A stretch of 64,000 bases of DNA, taken from NCBI GenBank assembly GCA_027313505.1, contig DAHVDN010000001.1:43366-107365 (forward strand), in the 5' to 3' direction. Source of the DNA: Candidatus Dormiibacterota bacterium (GTDB lineage: Bacteria; Chloroflexota; Dormibacteria; Aeolococcales; Bog-877). The notes beneath the pieces were generated by a model. It searched no databases, was not told the DNA's origin, and saw nothing but the letters and a program-made list of their open reading frames with translations. The position numbers were made by a program, and so were the translations under genes. Of the stretch, positions 29,633 through 39,748 are shown piece by piece. The first letter of the stretch is position 1. Every line of letters begins with the position of its first letter.

Positions 29633-31081
29633 ATGTTCGACACCGTCTTGGTCGCCAATCGTGGAGAGATAGCGGTGCGCGTGATCAGAGCCTGCCGGGA
29701 CCTCGGGCTGAGGTCGGTCGCGGTTTACTCCGAGGCGGACCGGGGTGCCCTCCATACGAAGATGGCGGACACCGCGGTGGAGATCGGCCCAAGTCCGGCG
29801 ACTCAGTCCTATCTCGACCTGGACCGGATCGTAAGAGCCGCCAAGGATACGGGGGCCCAGGCGATTCATCCGGGCTACGGCTTTTTGTCTGAGAGCCCAA
29901 GGTTGGCGCGTGCCTGCAGTGACAATGGACTGACTCTCATCGGGCCCCCGGAGGCGGCGATGGCAGCCATGGGGGACAAGGTCACCGCTCGCGGAAAGAT
30001 GCAGGCTGCGGGGGTGCCAGTCGTTCCCGGTACTGAGGCCATCTCCGATCCTGAGGAGGCGCTGCACCAGGCCAGGGAGATCGGCTACCCGATCCTTGTA
30101 AAGGCCTCGGCTGGAGGAGGCGGGATAGGGATGCGGGCTGCCCGTGATGAGGAGGAGCTCCGCTACGCGATCCAGGCCTGCAGCGACGCTGCGGCCAGGT
30201 CCTTCGGCGATCCCCGGGTGTTCTTGGAGCGCTTGGTGGATGAGCCGCGCCACATCGAGATCCAGGTATTGGCGGACACCCACGGCAACACGATCCACCT
30301 CGGCGAGCGTGAGTGTTCGATCCAGAGGCGGCACCAGAAGCTGCTCGAGGAAGCCCCGTCGACAGCAGTCACCGAGGAGATGAGGCAGCGGATGGGGGCG
30401 GCGGCGGTCCAGGCCGCGCGGGCCGTGGGCTACGTAAACGCCGGGACCGTCGAGTTCATCGAGTCCCGGGGTTCATTCTATTTTCTGGAGATGAACACCC
30501 GACTCCAGGTGGAGCACCCGGTGACCGAGCTGGTCACCGGCGTAGATCTGGTCGTGGAGCAGCTGCGAGTGGCCCTTGGAGACCGGCTGTCGATCGCCCA
30601 GGAGGATGTGCGCTGGCACGGATGGGCGATTGAGTGCCGGGTGAACGCTGAGGATCCATGGCAGGACTTCGCCCCCACCCCGGGCCGAGTCTCCGCTTAC
30701 CATGAGCCCTCGGGCCCCGGCGTTCGGGTGGACAGCTCTCTGGCCGGTCCCGGGGTGGTCAGTCCCTTCTACGACCCCATGATCGCCAAGATGATCGTCT
30801 ACGGCAAGACTCGGGATCAGGCGGCTGCGCGCGCCCGGCGCAGCCTCTTCGAGTACTGGATCGGGGGCATCTCGACCAACATCCCCTACCACGCCGTGGT
30901 GCTGGACGACCCCGACTTCCTCGCCGGGAGGCTCACCACCGAGTTCATCCCGACCCACCCCGATCTGCTCACCCGGGCGCGGGACTGGCAGCAACGGCAG
31001 GCATCCGCCATGTCCGGCTTCGGACAGGACCGCAGGCGGTTGGCGGCGATGGCGGCTGCCCTGGCGGCGACTACCGGCTGA
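29633..31081 (+). CDS. accC: Biotin carboxylase (AccC/PycA)
   Basis: VLVANRGEIAVR, IHPGYGFLSE, KASAGGGGIGM, RECSIQRRHQK, FLEMNTRLQVEH, YDPMIAK. Confidence 0.96.
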   Translation: MFDTVLVANRGEIAVRVIRACRDLGLRSVAVYSEADRGALHTKMADTAVEIGPSPATQSYLDLDRIVRAAKDTGAQAIHPGYGFLSESPRLARACSDNGLTLIGPPEAAMAAMGDKVTARGKMQAAGVPVVPGTEAISDPEEALHQAREIGYPILVKASAGGGGIGMRAARDEEELRYAIQACSDAAARSFGDPRVFLERLVDEPRHIEIQVLADTHGNTIHLGERECSIQRRHQKLLEEAPSTAVTEEMRQRMGAAAVQAARAVGYVNAGTVEFIESRGSFYFLEMNTRLQVEHPVTELVTGVDLVVEQLRVALGDRLSIAQEDVRWHGWAIECRVNAEDPWQDFAPTPGRVSAYHEPSGPGVRVDSSLAGPGVVSPFYDPMIAKMIVYGKTRDQAAARARRSLFEYWIGGISTNIPYHAVVLDDPDFLAGRLTTEFIPTHPDLLTRARDWQQRQASAMSGFGQDRRRLAAMAAALAATTG

Positions 31082-31285
31082 AGGTCTGCTCTCCACGACC
31101 AGTGCGTCCCTGCCGCCAGCAGTGACAACGATGACCTGGTCCAGCCCGGGGCCGAGTTATGGCTGCCGTCGAAGCTCATCCCCAGGGCGCACCTAGCTCA
31201 GGCTCAGGGCCGGACATCAAGGCGCTCTGAAACCCACACCCGCTGAGGCAGAGGGGTGGCCGCTGCTGCACAATGGAATCTAGGA

Positions 31286-33601
31286 TCAGCTCCCGGCGGT
31301 GGCCGGAGGCGCGCTGGGCAGGGACAGCTGATACGGCACCGTGATCTGGACGTGGTTGACGTCTGAGAGGGGTGCCGCCACGGTCAGCACCAGCGGTCCG
31401 GGGGGCAGTGGTCCGGTGATCACGGTCACCTCACGGGTCGCGGCTTGATAGGCGATCTGAAGGTTTGGCACCGACTGCCCCGAGTCGACCACGGATATGG
31501 ACTGCGGACCCACCGTCACCGCATTGAGGTCCGAGTTGAACTGGATGGTGAAGCTGGCGCCTCCGCCGGGGGCGGCGTTGGCGCTGGCCGATACGACCAG
31601 AGGGCCGGTTGGCAGGGTGGTCAGGCTCCCCTGGCTTATGGCTGTGATCAGAGGGGACGGTCCACCAGCGTTGACCATTACCAGCTCCTGAAGGGATGCC
31701 GCCGGGTGCACTGTGGTGGCGTCGCGCACCAGCTCGATGGCGACCTGGTAAGAGGCTGACGATGGCTCCACCGGGGTGCTGGAAACGGCGTAGAAGCGGT
31801 CGAAGTTTCCTGGGAGGAGGTCCGCGCTGGGAATGGCCGCTCCGGGTGCCAGGAGGGATTGGATCTGGGTCAGCGCTGTGGAGCTGTCTGTTATCTGGAG
31901 CTGGGCGAGGCTGCTGGCAACGTCGAGCGCGGAGGTCTCCGCGGTCCCATTGGCGGCTGTCGGCGCGGGGTTCGAAAGCTGAAGCGAGACCACCTCAGAC
32001 GCTCCGCCCGGAAGTGCCTGCAGCGCTGCCAACTCACTCCCGAAGGGCGACCATGCCAGGTGGCTCATACCGACTCTGGTGCTGATCAGCGCGCTGCTGC
32101 CGGTGGCGATATCGACCGCGCCGATCTGGCTCCCAACTCCGGGGGTGTCGGCGGTGTAGGCGAGGTAATCTGACCCCGCGCTGTACACCAGATCTCCGAG
32201 GGTGACTCCCTGGGGTGCGACCAGCAGCTCCCGCGGCTGGCCGCCGTAGGGGCCGGCGATGAACAGTGCCTGGTTGCCGCCATCCATCGCGATATAAGCC
32301 AGCTGTCCCCCCGCCGCATTCCAAACGGGAACTCCTTGGAGTCCGGGCACGGTGGTCGACGAGCCAGTGCTGAGGTCGTAGATCGTGGGAACTCCGTCGG
32401 GGGAGCCAAAGAGCGCCTGGGCCTGAGAGGCGACGGTGAACTGTCCGGATTGCCCCAGCTTCACGAACGGGTAGACGGCGGTGGTCTGCCCGTCAAGGTT
32501 CACCTGGAGCAGCTGCCCGGAGCTGGAGTAGAGCAGGCTGCTGTCGTTGAGCCAGGCCACCTCCGGGGTGGTGCTGGAGGTGCTGGCCAGAGACAATCCC
32601 GGCCCTTGACCCCCGAGTGGGGTCACGTGGAGGGTGGCGGCCCCTCCAGGGGGGAGAGTCCAGTAAGCCAGCTGCTGGCTGTCCGGTGAAGCTACGGCCC
32701 CATAGGCGCTGGTTGCGAGTGGGGCCAGCAGATCGGCCAGTGAGTAGACCGAACCAACGCCGGCCGTGCTCGGGGTGGACGGCGAGGCCGGAGGTGGCAC
32801 TGGCGCGGTCGAACCATAGGCGATGACCGAGCCGCTAGCGGTCAGCAACAGCTCGCCGCTCGGGGTGTAGGCCAGCCCGGTGGCGCCGTCGGCAAGGGCC
32901 ATCTGGTTAATGGCCACCAAGGAGGGGGGATAGCCCTGGGCGGTCGCCGCGACCGGTTCGGTACCGAACGGAATCACCACCTTGGAGAGAGGTACCGCCC
33001 CATTCTTGGCCCGGGCCGCGTGCCGCGCGATGCTGACGACGTACGAGACGTTGGGGACCAGGTCATGTTGAGGCGCGATCACCAAGGTGGTCGCGTCGGG
33101 CCACTTGGCGTGGTACGACACTGCGGGGGTGATGGTGAGGCCGTTAACGACGCTGGACTCCACCATCGGCTGGTTGAAGCTGAGCTGGATTGCCTCCGTC
33201 ACCGGGACCCGCGGATTGCCCTGGACCGAGGCGCGAACCGTGACCGAGGCAGCCCCTCCGGGAACCGCGACCACCGAGAAGAGCACCACGGCAACCATCG
33301 CCAGACCGGCGATCCCAAGCCCGGCGCCGAATACCAGGCCGAATCGCCGCCGGTGCCGGGGGCGGCTCCGCTGTCGGAACCTGGCCTCCTCCATGAGGCT
33401 GGCGCGCAGGTGGGCTCGGTAGGCGGGATCGGGGTCAGCGGCCGGGTGGCTGGCGGCCAGAGACCGGATCCTTCGAGCCGCCGCCAACAACGTCGGATCA
33501 CTCCGACTCTCACCCTCTCCGAAGAGGGCCCGAAGATCCGGGTCGTCGTCAGGTTGGGGTCGGGGGCCGGGTCCGTGGCCAAAGCGTGGGGCGTCAGCCA
33601 T
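31286..33601 (-). CDS. Putative anti-sigma factor: cytoplasmic N-domain, TM, Ig-like (Big_5), TolB-like beta-propeller, second Ig-like domain
   Basis: ATG overlaps the sigma stop; DPDPAYRAHLRASL, one TM, IQLSFNQPM (Ig-like), repeats SPDSQQLAY / WNAAGGQLAY / YSAGSDYLAY / WSPFGSELA, FTIQFNSDL. Confidence 0.75.
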   Translation of the reverse strand: MADAPRFGHGPGPRPQPDDDPDLRALFGEGESRSDPTLLAAARRIRSLAASHPAADPDPAYRAHLRASLMEEARFRQRSRPRHRRRFGLVFGAGLGIAGLAMVAVVLFSVVAVPGGAASVTVRASVQGNPRVPVTEAIQLSFNQPMVESSVVNGLTITPAVSYHAKWPDATTLVIAPQHDLVPNVSYVVSIARHAARAKNGAVPLSKVVIPFGTEPVAATAQGYPPSLVAINQMALADGATGLAYTPSGELLLTASGSVIAYGSTAPVPPPASPSTPSTAGVGSVYSLADLLAPLATSAYGAVASPDSQQLAYWTLPPGGAATLHVTPLGGQGPGLSLASTSSTTPEVAWLNDSSLLYSSSGQLLQVNLDGQTTAVYPFVKLGQSGQFTVASQAQALFGSPDGVPTIYDLSTGSSTTVPGLQGVPVWNAAGGQLAYIAMDGGNQALFIAGPYGGQPRELLVAPQGVTLGDLVYSAGSDYLAYTADTPGVGSQIGAVDIATGSSALISTRVGMSHLAWSPFGSELAALQALPGGASEVVSLQLSNPAPTAANGTAETSALDVASSLAQLQITDSSTALTQIQSLLAPGAAIPSADLLPGNFDRFYAVSSTPVEPSSASYQVAIELVRDATTVHPAASLQELVMVNAGGPSPLITAISQGSLTTLPTGPLVVSASANAAPGGGASFTIQFNSDLNAVTVGPQSISVVDSGQSVPNLQIAYQAATREVTVITGPLPPGPLVLTVAAPLSDVNHVQITVPYQLSLPSAPPATAGS

Positions 33602-34184
33602 GGGGCGGATCCTCACCGGGTCCCCTACGTTCTGTGATCAGGCGCTGTCTCAGGGTTGCGGTGCCACGAAAGACCAACAACTTCACGGCGCCCTCACTCT
33701 TGCCCATGATCACACCGATCTCGGCGAGCCTAAGGTCCTCTCCATACTTGAGAGTCATCGCCACCCTCTGTTGCTCAGGGAGCGCTTCGATGAGCGCCCA
33801 GATGTCCTCGGCGCCCATCCTCTGAGCGACGTCCTCATCGACAGGGGTCGAGGGGTCTGAGAGCTCGGCACCCTGTTCGAGACTCTCCTCGGTTCGCCGC
33901 CGCGAACGATAGTGATCGGTGATGGCGTTGACCGCGATCTGGTAGAGCCATGCCGAGAAGGGATGACCGGTGTGTCGATAGCGACCAATCCCGCGCAGGG
34001 CCTTGAAGAACACCTCACTGGTGATGTCCTCGGCAAGGCTCTGGCTCCGGACTCTAGAAGCCACGTACCGGTAAATCTGAGGAAAGTATTGGTCATACAG
34101 TGGGCCGAAGTATTCCGGGTCCTCCTGTGCCCTGGCAATGAGGGCGGCCTCCTCTTGGATGGGGAGGGTCATTTCCAGAACCAT
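33594..34184 (-). CDS. ECF-family RNA polymerase sigma factor
   Basis: FGPLYDQY, AEDITSEVFFKA, FSAWLYQIAVN, LPEQQR, LAEIGVIMGKSEGAVK; GGAG before ATG 34184. Confidence 0.95.
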   Translation of the reverse strand: MVLEMTLPIQEEAALIARAQEDPEYFGPLYDQYFPQIYRYVASRVRSQSLAEDITSEVFFKALRGIGRYRHTGHPFSAWLYQIAVNAITDHYRSRRRTEESLEQGAELSDPSTPVDEDVAQRMGAEDIWALIEALPEQQRVAMTLKYGEDLRLAEIGVIMGKSEGAVKLLVFRGTATLRQRLITERRGPGEDPPHG

Positions 34185-34199
34185 TCGGTATGCTCCGTC

Positions 34200-34225
34200 A
34201 ACGGAACTGCGGCAGATACGGTTAC
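34200..34225 (-). promoter_or_regulatory. Putative autoregulatory ECF promoter GTAACC-N16-CGTT
   Basis: Minus strand reads GTAACC gtatctgccgcagttc CGTT, ending 15 nt before the sigma ATG; fits the AAC/CGT ECF pattern. Confidence 0.65.
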
Positions 34226-34313
34226 GTCGGCGCTGGCCACTTCCCAACGGTAACCGCCAAGCAAGGCGCTTGGTTTCGTCATCGGGGCTCGGGTCGAGCT
34301 GGCCACACCACTC

Positions 34314-34319
34314 TATACT
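34314..34319 (+). promoter_or_regulatory. Putative -10 box (TATACT) of the purB-purH operon
   Basis: TATACT about 47 nt upstream of the purB ATG, in the divergent intergenic region. Confidence 0.45.
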
Positions 34320-34366
34320 CGGTGGAGTTGAGGATCGTTCTCCCCGCCCTGCCGCCCAGCTCCTGA

Positions 34367-35686
34367 ATGATTGAAAGGTACGCTCCCCAGGAGCTCCGCT
34401 CGCTGTGGTCCGATGAGAATCGGATACGTCTTTGGATGCGGGTCGAGACCGCCGTCTGTCGAGCCCGGGCCGGGCTCGGTGAGATCGCCGACGACGAAAT
34501 TGCCGCCATCAACGCCGCCAAACCACCCAGCTGGGACCGGGTGCGACAGCTTGAATCGGAGCAGGGCCACGATCTGGCGGCCTTTGTGAGCGCGGTCCAG
34601 GAACAGCTGGGGGTCGAGGGGCGGCACATCCATCTGGGGCTGACCAGCCAGGACGTGGTCGACACCACCCTGGCACTTCAGCTCCGGCAGGCGAACGCCT
34701 ACCTCATGGAGGAGTTGGATCGGCTGGGGTTCGCCCTGGCGGCCCTGGCGGAGAGGCACCTCCACACCGCCATGATCGGTCGGACCCATGGCATGCACGC
34801 CGAGCCGGTCACCTTTGGTTTTGTGGTCGCCAACCATCTCGATGAGATTCGCCGCTCGCAACGGCGGTTGGCCGCCGCTGCCGCCGAGGTGATCGTGGGC
34901 AAGATTTCCGGCACCGTGGGCACTCACTCCACCGTCTCGGCGGTGGTGGAGAAACGTGCTCTGGCGGAGCTGGACCTCGTCCCGGCCGACATCACAACCC
35001 AGGTCGTGGCACGGGACCGCCACGCCTCCTACCTGTGTGCCGAAGCGCTGCTGGGGGCCTGCTGTGAACGCTTGGCCACGACCCTGCGACACCTTCAGCG
35101 GACCGAGGTGGGAGAGGTCCGCGAACCCTTTGGGTCGCGTCAGAAGGGTTCCTCAGCCATGCCCCACAAGCGCAATCCGATCCGGCTCGAGCAGGTGTGT
35201 GGGCTGAGTCGGCTTCTTCGGGGCTACGCGCTTTCGGGGATGGAGGATGTGGCTCTCTGGCACGAGCGTGACATCTCTCATTCATCCGCTGAGCGGGTGG
35301 TCTTACCCGACTCCACAATGGTGCTTGGCCATATCCTGCGCACCATGACCCAGGTGGTGGAGGGGCTGGAGGTCGACACCGACGCCATGGCCCGAAACCT
35401 GGATCGCCACGGGGCGGTGGCTCGCAGTCAGCAGGTTCTCCTGGCGCTGGTTCGTGGAGGTCTGGGCCGCGACGATGCCTACCGGATCGTGCAGCAGCTG
35501 GCCCAGGAGGCTGAAAAGCCCGGAGGGGACTTCCGCAGCCTGTGCCTGGACTCTCCTGAACTGGGCAACCTGATGTCGGCCGTCGAGATTGAGAATGCAC
35601 TCGCCCTCGGACCTTTCCTGTCTGGGGTGGACGAGAGCCTTCGGCGGGTAGGTCTCCTGGCCGGCGAGCCCGGAGCCGCCACTTGA
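34367..35686 (+). CDS. purB: Adenylosuccinate lyase
   Basis: MIERY, HDLAAFV, HLGLTSQD, GRTHGMHAEP, KISGTVG, signature GSSAMPHKRNP, WHERDISHSS. Confidence 0.97.
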   Translation: MIERYAPQELRSLWSDENRIRLWMRVETAVCRARAGLGEIADDEIAAINAAKPPSWDRVRQLESEQGHDLAAFVSAVQEQLGVEGRHIHLGLTSQDVVDTTLALQLRQANAYLMEELDRLGFALAALAERHLHTAMIGRTHGMHAEPVTFGFVVANHLDEIRRSQRRLAAAAAEVIVGKISGTVGTHSTVSAVVEKRALAELDLVPADITTQVVARDRHASYLCAEALLGACCERLATTLRHLQRTEVGEVREPFGSRQKGSSAMPHKRNPIRLEQVCGLSRLLRGYALSGMEDVALWHERDISHSSAERVVLPDSTMVLGHILRTMTQVVEGLEVDTDAMARNLDRHGAVARSQQVLLALVRGGLGRDDAYRIVQQLAQEAEKPGGDFRSLCLDSPELGNLMSAVEIENALALGPFLSGVDESLRRVGLLAGEPGAAT

Positions 35687-36579
35687 GCTCCGCCGACCCT
35701 CCTGAGGAGGCTGTAGCACAGGTCGATATCCCTGATGTGGAGCTCTTTCGCCGCGGTAAGGTGCGGGACACATTCGATCTTGGCGATCGGCTGCTCATGG
35801 TTGCCACGGACCGGCTCTCCGCTTTCGACTGCGTGCTGCCGGACCTGATTCCGGGCCGCGGCCGTGTGCTCACCGCGATGTCCAGATTCTGGTTTGAGCG
35901 CACCCGTCAACTGGTGCCCAATCACCTGCTGCCCGATGACTTTTTAGCGTTGCCAGAAGAGCTTCGCTCCCGGCTCCAAGGCCGGGTGATGTTTGTCGCC
36001 AAGGCGGAGCGGATCGACATCGAGTGCGTTGTGCGGGGGAGGCTGGTGGGCAGTGGATGGGAGGAGTATCGCCAGCAGGGTACGCTCGCGGACGAGCCGT
36101 TGCCCGCCGGCATCTCCTTCGGGGACCAGTTGCGCGAGCCGAGGTTCACCCCGGCCACCAAGAGCGATTCGGGTCACGACGAGAACATCTCCAGGAAGGC
36201 TTTGGCCGAGCTTGTCGGCGGGGAGCTTGCGGCGCGATTGGAGACGGTCAGCCTCTCACTTTTCAATCTCGCCTCCGAACAATGTGCCAGGGCCGGGATG
36301 TTGCTGGTCGACACCAAATTCGAGTACGGCTTCGTCCGGGGAGAGCTCACCCTGATCGACGAGCTGCTCACCCCAGACTCCTCGCGGCTCTGGGAGATGG
36401 GTGCGCCAATCTCCGAGAGCAACTCACAGGGTTTCGACAAGCAGTTGGTGCGTGATCACTTGCTCGCCGGCGGCTGGGACCGCACCCCGCCCGCTCCCCA
36501 CCTTCCCCCGGCGCTGGTTCTGGAAGTCCGCCGTCGTTACCTGGAGGTCTGCAGACGGATCACGAATCTAGATTTATAG
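35683..36579 (+). CDS. purC: SAICAR synthase
   Basis: GKVRD, VATDRLSAFD, IECVVRG, FTPATK, HDENIS, LVDTKFEYG, DELLTPDSSR, FDKQ. Confidence 0.96.
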   Translation: MSSADPPEEAVAQVDIPDVELFRRGKVRDTFDLGDRLLMVATDRLSAFDCVLPDLIPGRGRVLTAMSRFWFERTRQLVPNHLLPDDFLALPEELRSRLQGRVMFVAKAERIDIECVVRGRLVGSGWEEYRQQGTLADEPLPAGISFGDQLREPRFTPATKSDSGHDENISRKALAELVGGELAARLETVSLSLFNLASEQCARAGMLLVDTKFEYGFVRGELTLIDELLTPDSSRLWEMGAPISESNSQGFDKQLVRDHLLAGGWDRTPPAPHLPPALVLEVRRRYLEVCRRITNLDL

Positions 36580-36824
36580 CGGAGATTCTGGTCACCCTCA
36601 AGGCGGTGGTCAATGATCCTCAAGGGCTGGTGGTGACCGATGCCCTGCATTCCCTCGGCTACCCGGAGGTGCTGGGAACCAGAGTCGGCAAGTACATCCG
36701 GCTGGAGCTCGCGGCCGACCTTGAGAGCACGGCGGCCAAGAGGGTCGACGAGATGTGTCGGCGACTGCTCTGCAATGGGGTGATCGAGGACTACTCATTT
36801 GAGATTGCGGCCGGAATGAGCTGA
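36555..36824 (+). CDS. purS: FGAM synthase subunit PurS (start codon non-canonical or uncertain)
   Basis: RFIAEILVTLKAVVNDPQG...VGKYIRL...MCRRLLCNGVIEDY. Homology extends upstream of the first GTG (36606); GGAGGT lies 6 nt before an in-frame ACG at 36555. Confidence 0.9.
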   Translation, partial: TDHESRFIAEILVTLKAVVNDPQGLVVTDALHSLGYPEVLGTRVGKYIRLELAADLESTAAKRVDEMCRRLLCNGVIEDYSFEIAAGMS

Positions 36825-37529
36825 ATGGCCTTTCGCTTCGGGATTGCCGTCTTTCCCGGTACCTGGTCAGACCGGGATTGCGCCCACGCGGTGGGTCTAA
36901 CCGGTGCCGAGGCGGTGTTTTTGTGGCACGCGGACAAGGAGCTGAAGGGAGCGGACTGCGTCATCCTGCCTGGAGGCTTCGCCCACGGCGACTATCTGCG
37001 GGCCGGCGCCATTGCGCGCTTCGCCCCCCTGATGGAGGCGGTGGCCGAACACGCTCGGGGGGGAGGGCTGGTGCTCGGAATCTGTAACGGCTTCCAGATC
37101 CTGTGTGAGGCGGGACTGCTTCCAGGAGCTCTGCTTCGCAACCGCGACCTGCAGTTTCGCTGCCAGGACACCACCCTTTTGGTCGAGCCCACGGACTCCC
37201 CCTTTCTGGCCACCATTGCCTCCGGCTCTCGACTCAGGATCCCGATCTCCCACGGAGAGGGGCGGTACTTCGCGGATCCGGCGACGCTGGCCGGCCTTGA
37301 GCGAGGCCACCAGGTGGCTCTGCGCTACTGCTCGCCGGACGGCGACCTCGACGACGCCCACAACCCCAACGGCTCGCTGTCTCACATCGCCGGAATCGTC
37401 AATGAGGCGGGGAACGTTTTGGGGATGATGCCCCATCCCGAGCGCGTCTGTGAACCACTTCTAGGCTCTGAGGACGGGCTTCGGCTCTTCGGCTCTGTCA
37501 CCACAGGATTGGCGGCGGCGGGACGTTGA
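36825..37529 (+). CDS. purQ: FGAM synthase glutaminase subunit
   Basis: [52 protein letters not shown]. Confidence 0.97.
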   Translation: MAFRFGIAVFPGTWSDRDCAHAVGLTGAEAVFLWHADKELKGADCVILPGGFAHGDYLRAGAIARFAPLMEAVAEHARGGGLVLGICNGFQILCEAGLLPGALLRNRDLQFRCQDTTLLVEPTDSPFLATIASGSRLRIPISHGEGRYFADPATLAGLERGHQVALRYCSPDGDLDDAHNPNGSLSHIAGIVNEAGNVLGMMPHPERVCEPLLGSEDGLRLFGSVTTGLAAAGR

Positions 37530-39748
37530 GCGCTCCCAGCGTCTCGGAGCTGAGGGAGATAGCACTCACTCAGCAGGAGTACGAGCGCACAGTTGAGATC
37601 CTGGGGCGAACCCCAAATCGGCTTGAGCTGGGGATGCTGGGGGCCATGTGGTCCGAGCACTGCTCCTACAAGACCTCCAAACCGTTGCTGCGTCAACTTC
37701 CCTCCGCAGGGTCCTCGGTGGTGCTCGGGCCCGGTGAGAACGCTGGGGTGATCGACCTGGGCGGTGACCTGCTCTGCTGCTTCAAGATCGAGTCCCACAA
37801 CCATCCCAGTGCCATAGAGCCTGTCCAGGGTGCTGCCACCGGGGTTGGAGGCATCTTGCGTGACGTGTTCGCGATGGGTGCGCGCCCGGTCGCCCTGCTC
37901 GACGCCATCCGTTTCGGGGACCCCGGCGAACCGCTGCAACGGCATCGCTTCGCTCGGGTGGTGGAGGGCATCGGGTTTTACGGCAACTGCATAGGCGTCC
38001 CCACGGTGGGCGGGGAGACCTATTTCGATGAATCCTATGCCGGCAACTGTCTGGTCAACGCCATGTGCGTCGGCATCGCCAATCGCCATCAGCTGGTCAG
38101 GGCGGTGGCCGCGGGGGTGGGTAACCCGGTGCTGCTGGTGGGGGCTGACACCGGACGAGATGGGATCCACGGGGCGACCTTCGCCTCGGTGCAGCTGGAC
38201 GACAGCGCAGAGGAGAGGCGCCCGGCGGTTCAAGTGGGGAATCCGTTCCTCGAAAAGTGCCTCCTCGAGGCATGTCTTGAACTCTGCGGCCACGAGGCGC
38301 TCATCGGCCTGCAGGACTGTGGGGCCGCAGGTTTGACCAGCAGCTGTGCTGAGATGGCCCACCGCGGCGGGGTGGGGATAGAGCTTGATGTGGCGAAGGT
38401 CAGCCGGAGGGAGCTCGGCATGACCCCCTACGAGGTGATGCTGAGCGAGTCCCAGGAGCGGATGGTGCTGGTGGTGGCCCGGGGCCGGGAGGCGGAGGTT
38501 CAGCGTGTCTTCGATCGCTGGCAGCTCCGCAGTGACGTGATCGGGTCGGTCATCGCTGCCCCCGAGCTCCGGATCCTCGACAGTGGGCAGGAGGTGGGAG
38601 CGCTGCCGCTGGAGGTGCTGGTCGACGGCTTCTTAGAGCGCCATCCTGAGTCGCGCCGGCCTGAATTGGTCGACCGGGCCCGTCTTGAAGAGCCCCTACT
38701 GCTGAACCCGCCCTGGTCCCCCGAGGAGAGCTGGCTGCGGCTCCTTCGGTCACCCAACTGCGCTGACCCGCGGTGGATCTTTCGCCAGTACGACCATCAG
38801 GTGGGCGACGACACAGTCGTTGGGCCGGGTGGAGACGCCGCGGTGCTGAGGTTCAAGGGGCGTTCGGACGGGATCGCAATGACAGTTGACGGCGCTCACC
38901 GCAGCGCAGCTCTCTATCCCTTCGTGGGTACCGAGATGGCGGTGGCCGAGGCGCTCCGGAACCTGGCGGTGGTGGGTGCTGAGCCACTGGCGATCACCAA
39001 CTGCCTCAACTTCGGAGACCCTGACCAACCGGATGTCATGTGGCAGCTCACTGAGGCGGTGGGGGGGCTGGCCGAGGCCGCCGGGGCGCTGGCCATCCCG
39101 GTCGTCAGCGGGAACGTCAGCCTCTACAACGACTTCCGCGGAGCCGGTATCCCACCAACCGCCGTGATTGGGATGGTGGGGCGGGTTCAACGCCCGGGCA
39201 CTGCACCCGGTATGGGGTTCCGCAACGCGGGAGAGCTAGTTGTCCTCCTGGGCGGCCTTGGGGCGACTCTGACCGGGAGCGAGTATCAGCGCCTGGCGCA
39301 CGGCGCAGTCACCGGGCCCATGCCGCAGCTGGACCTGGCGGCCGAAGCGGCTACGGCCCGTGCGGTCTGGGAGCTGGTCGACCGGACAATCCTGAGCTCA
39401 GCGCACGACCTGGCACTGGGCGGGTTGGCGGTGACCCTTGCCGAGTGCTGTGTGGCAGGAGGGGTGGGGGCCAAGGTGGGGCTGCCGCTTCCTCCTCCAC
39501 CCGACCCTTTGCCAGGCTGGGCGCACGGGGCGCTGTTTGGTGAGACGGCCGGTGGCTACCTGCTCAGCCTCCCTAAGGCGAATCTGCCGATTTTGCAAGA
39601 GGTCTGTGCCCTCCACCGGGTGGAATGGGACGTGATCGGAGAGGTGGGCGGGGAGATGGTCGAGGTATCGGGCTTGGCCTCCATTTCCCTCAGCGTGGCG
39701 AGCTCGGTCACCGGCGAAGCTCTACCGTCCCTGATGGCCAGGCCGTGA
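37526..39748 (+). CDS. purL: FGAM synthase subunit PurL (small type)
   Basis: [67 protein letters not shown]. Confidence 0.97.
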   Translation: MSAPSVSELREIALTQQEYERTVEILGRTPNRLELGMLGAMWSEHCSYKTSKPLLRQLPSAGSSVVLGPGENAGVIDLGGDLLCCFKIESHNHPSAIEPVQGAATGVGGILRDVFAMGARPVALLDAIRFGDPGEPLQRHRFARVVEGIGFYGNCIGVPTVGGETYFDESYAGNCLVNAMCVGIANRHQLVRAVAAGVGNPVLLVGADTGRDGIHGATFASVQLDDSAEERRPAVQVGNPFLEKCLLEACLELCGHEALIGLQDCGAAGLTSSCAEMAHRGGVGIELDVAKVSRRELGMTPYEVMLSESQERMVLVVARGREAEVQRVFDRWQLRSDVIGSVIAAPELRILDSGQEVGALPLEVLVDGFLERHPESRRPELVDRARLEEPLLLNPPWSPEESWLRLLRSPNCADPRWIFRQYDHQVGDDTVVGPGGDAAVLRFKGRSDGIAMTVDGAHRSAALYPFVGTEMAVAEALRNLAVVGAEPLAITNCLNFGDPDQPDVMWQLTEAVGGLAEAAGALAIPVVSGNVSLYNDFRGAGIPPTAVIGMVGRVQRPGTAPGMGFRNAGELVVLLGGLGATLTGSEYQRLAHGAVTGPMPQLDLAAEAATARAVWELVDRTILSSAHDLALGGLAVTLAECCVAGGVGAKVGLPLPPPPDPLPGWAHGALFGETAGGYLLSLPKANLPILQEVCALHRVEWDVIGEVGGEMVEVSGLASISLSVASSVTGEALPSLMARP

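Noticed and set aside
31082..31285. 204-bp gap between accC and the anti-sigma gene
   Set aside because: No convincing ORF, terminator or RNA motif.
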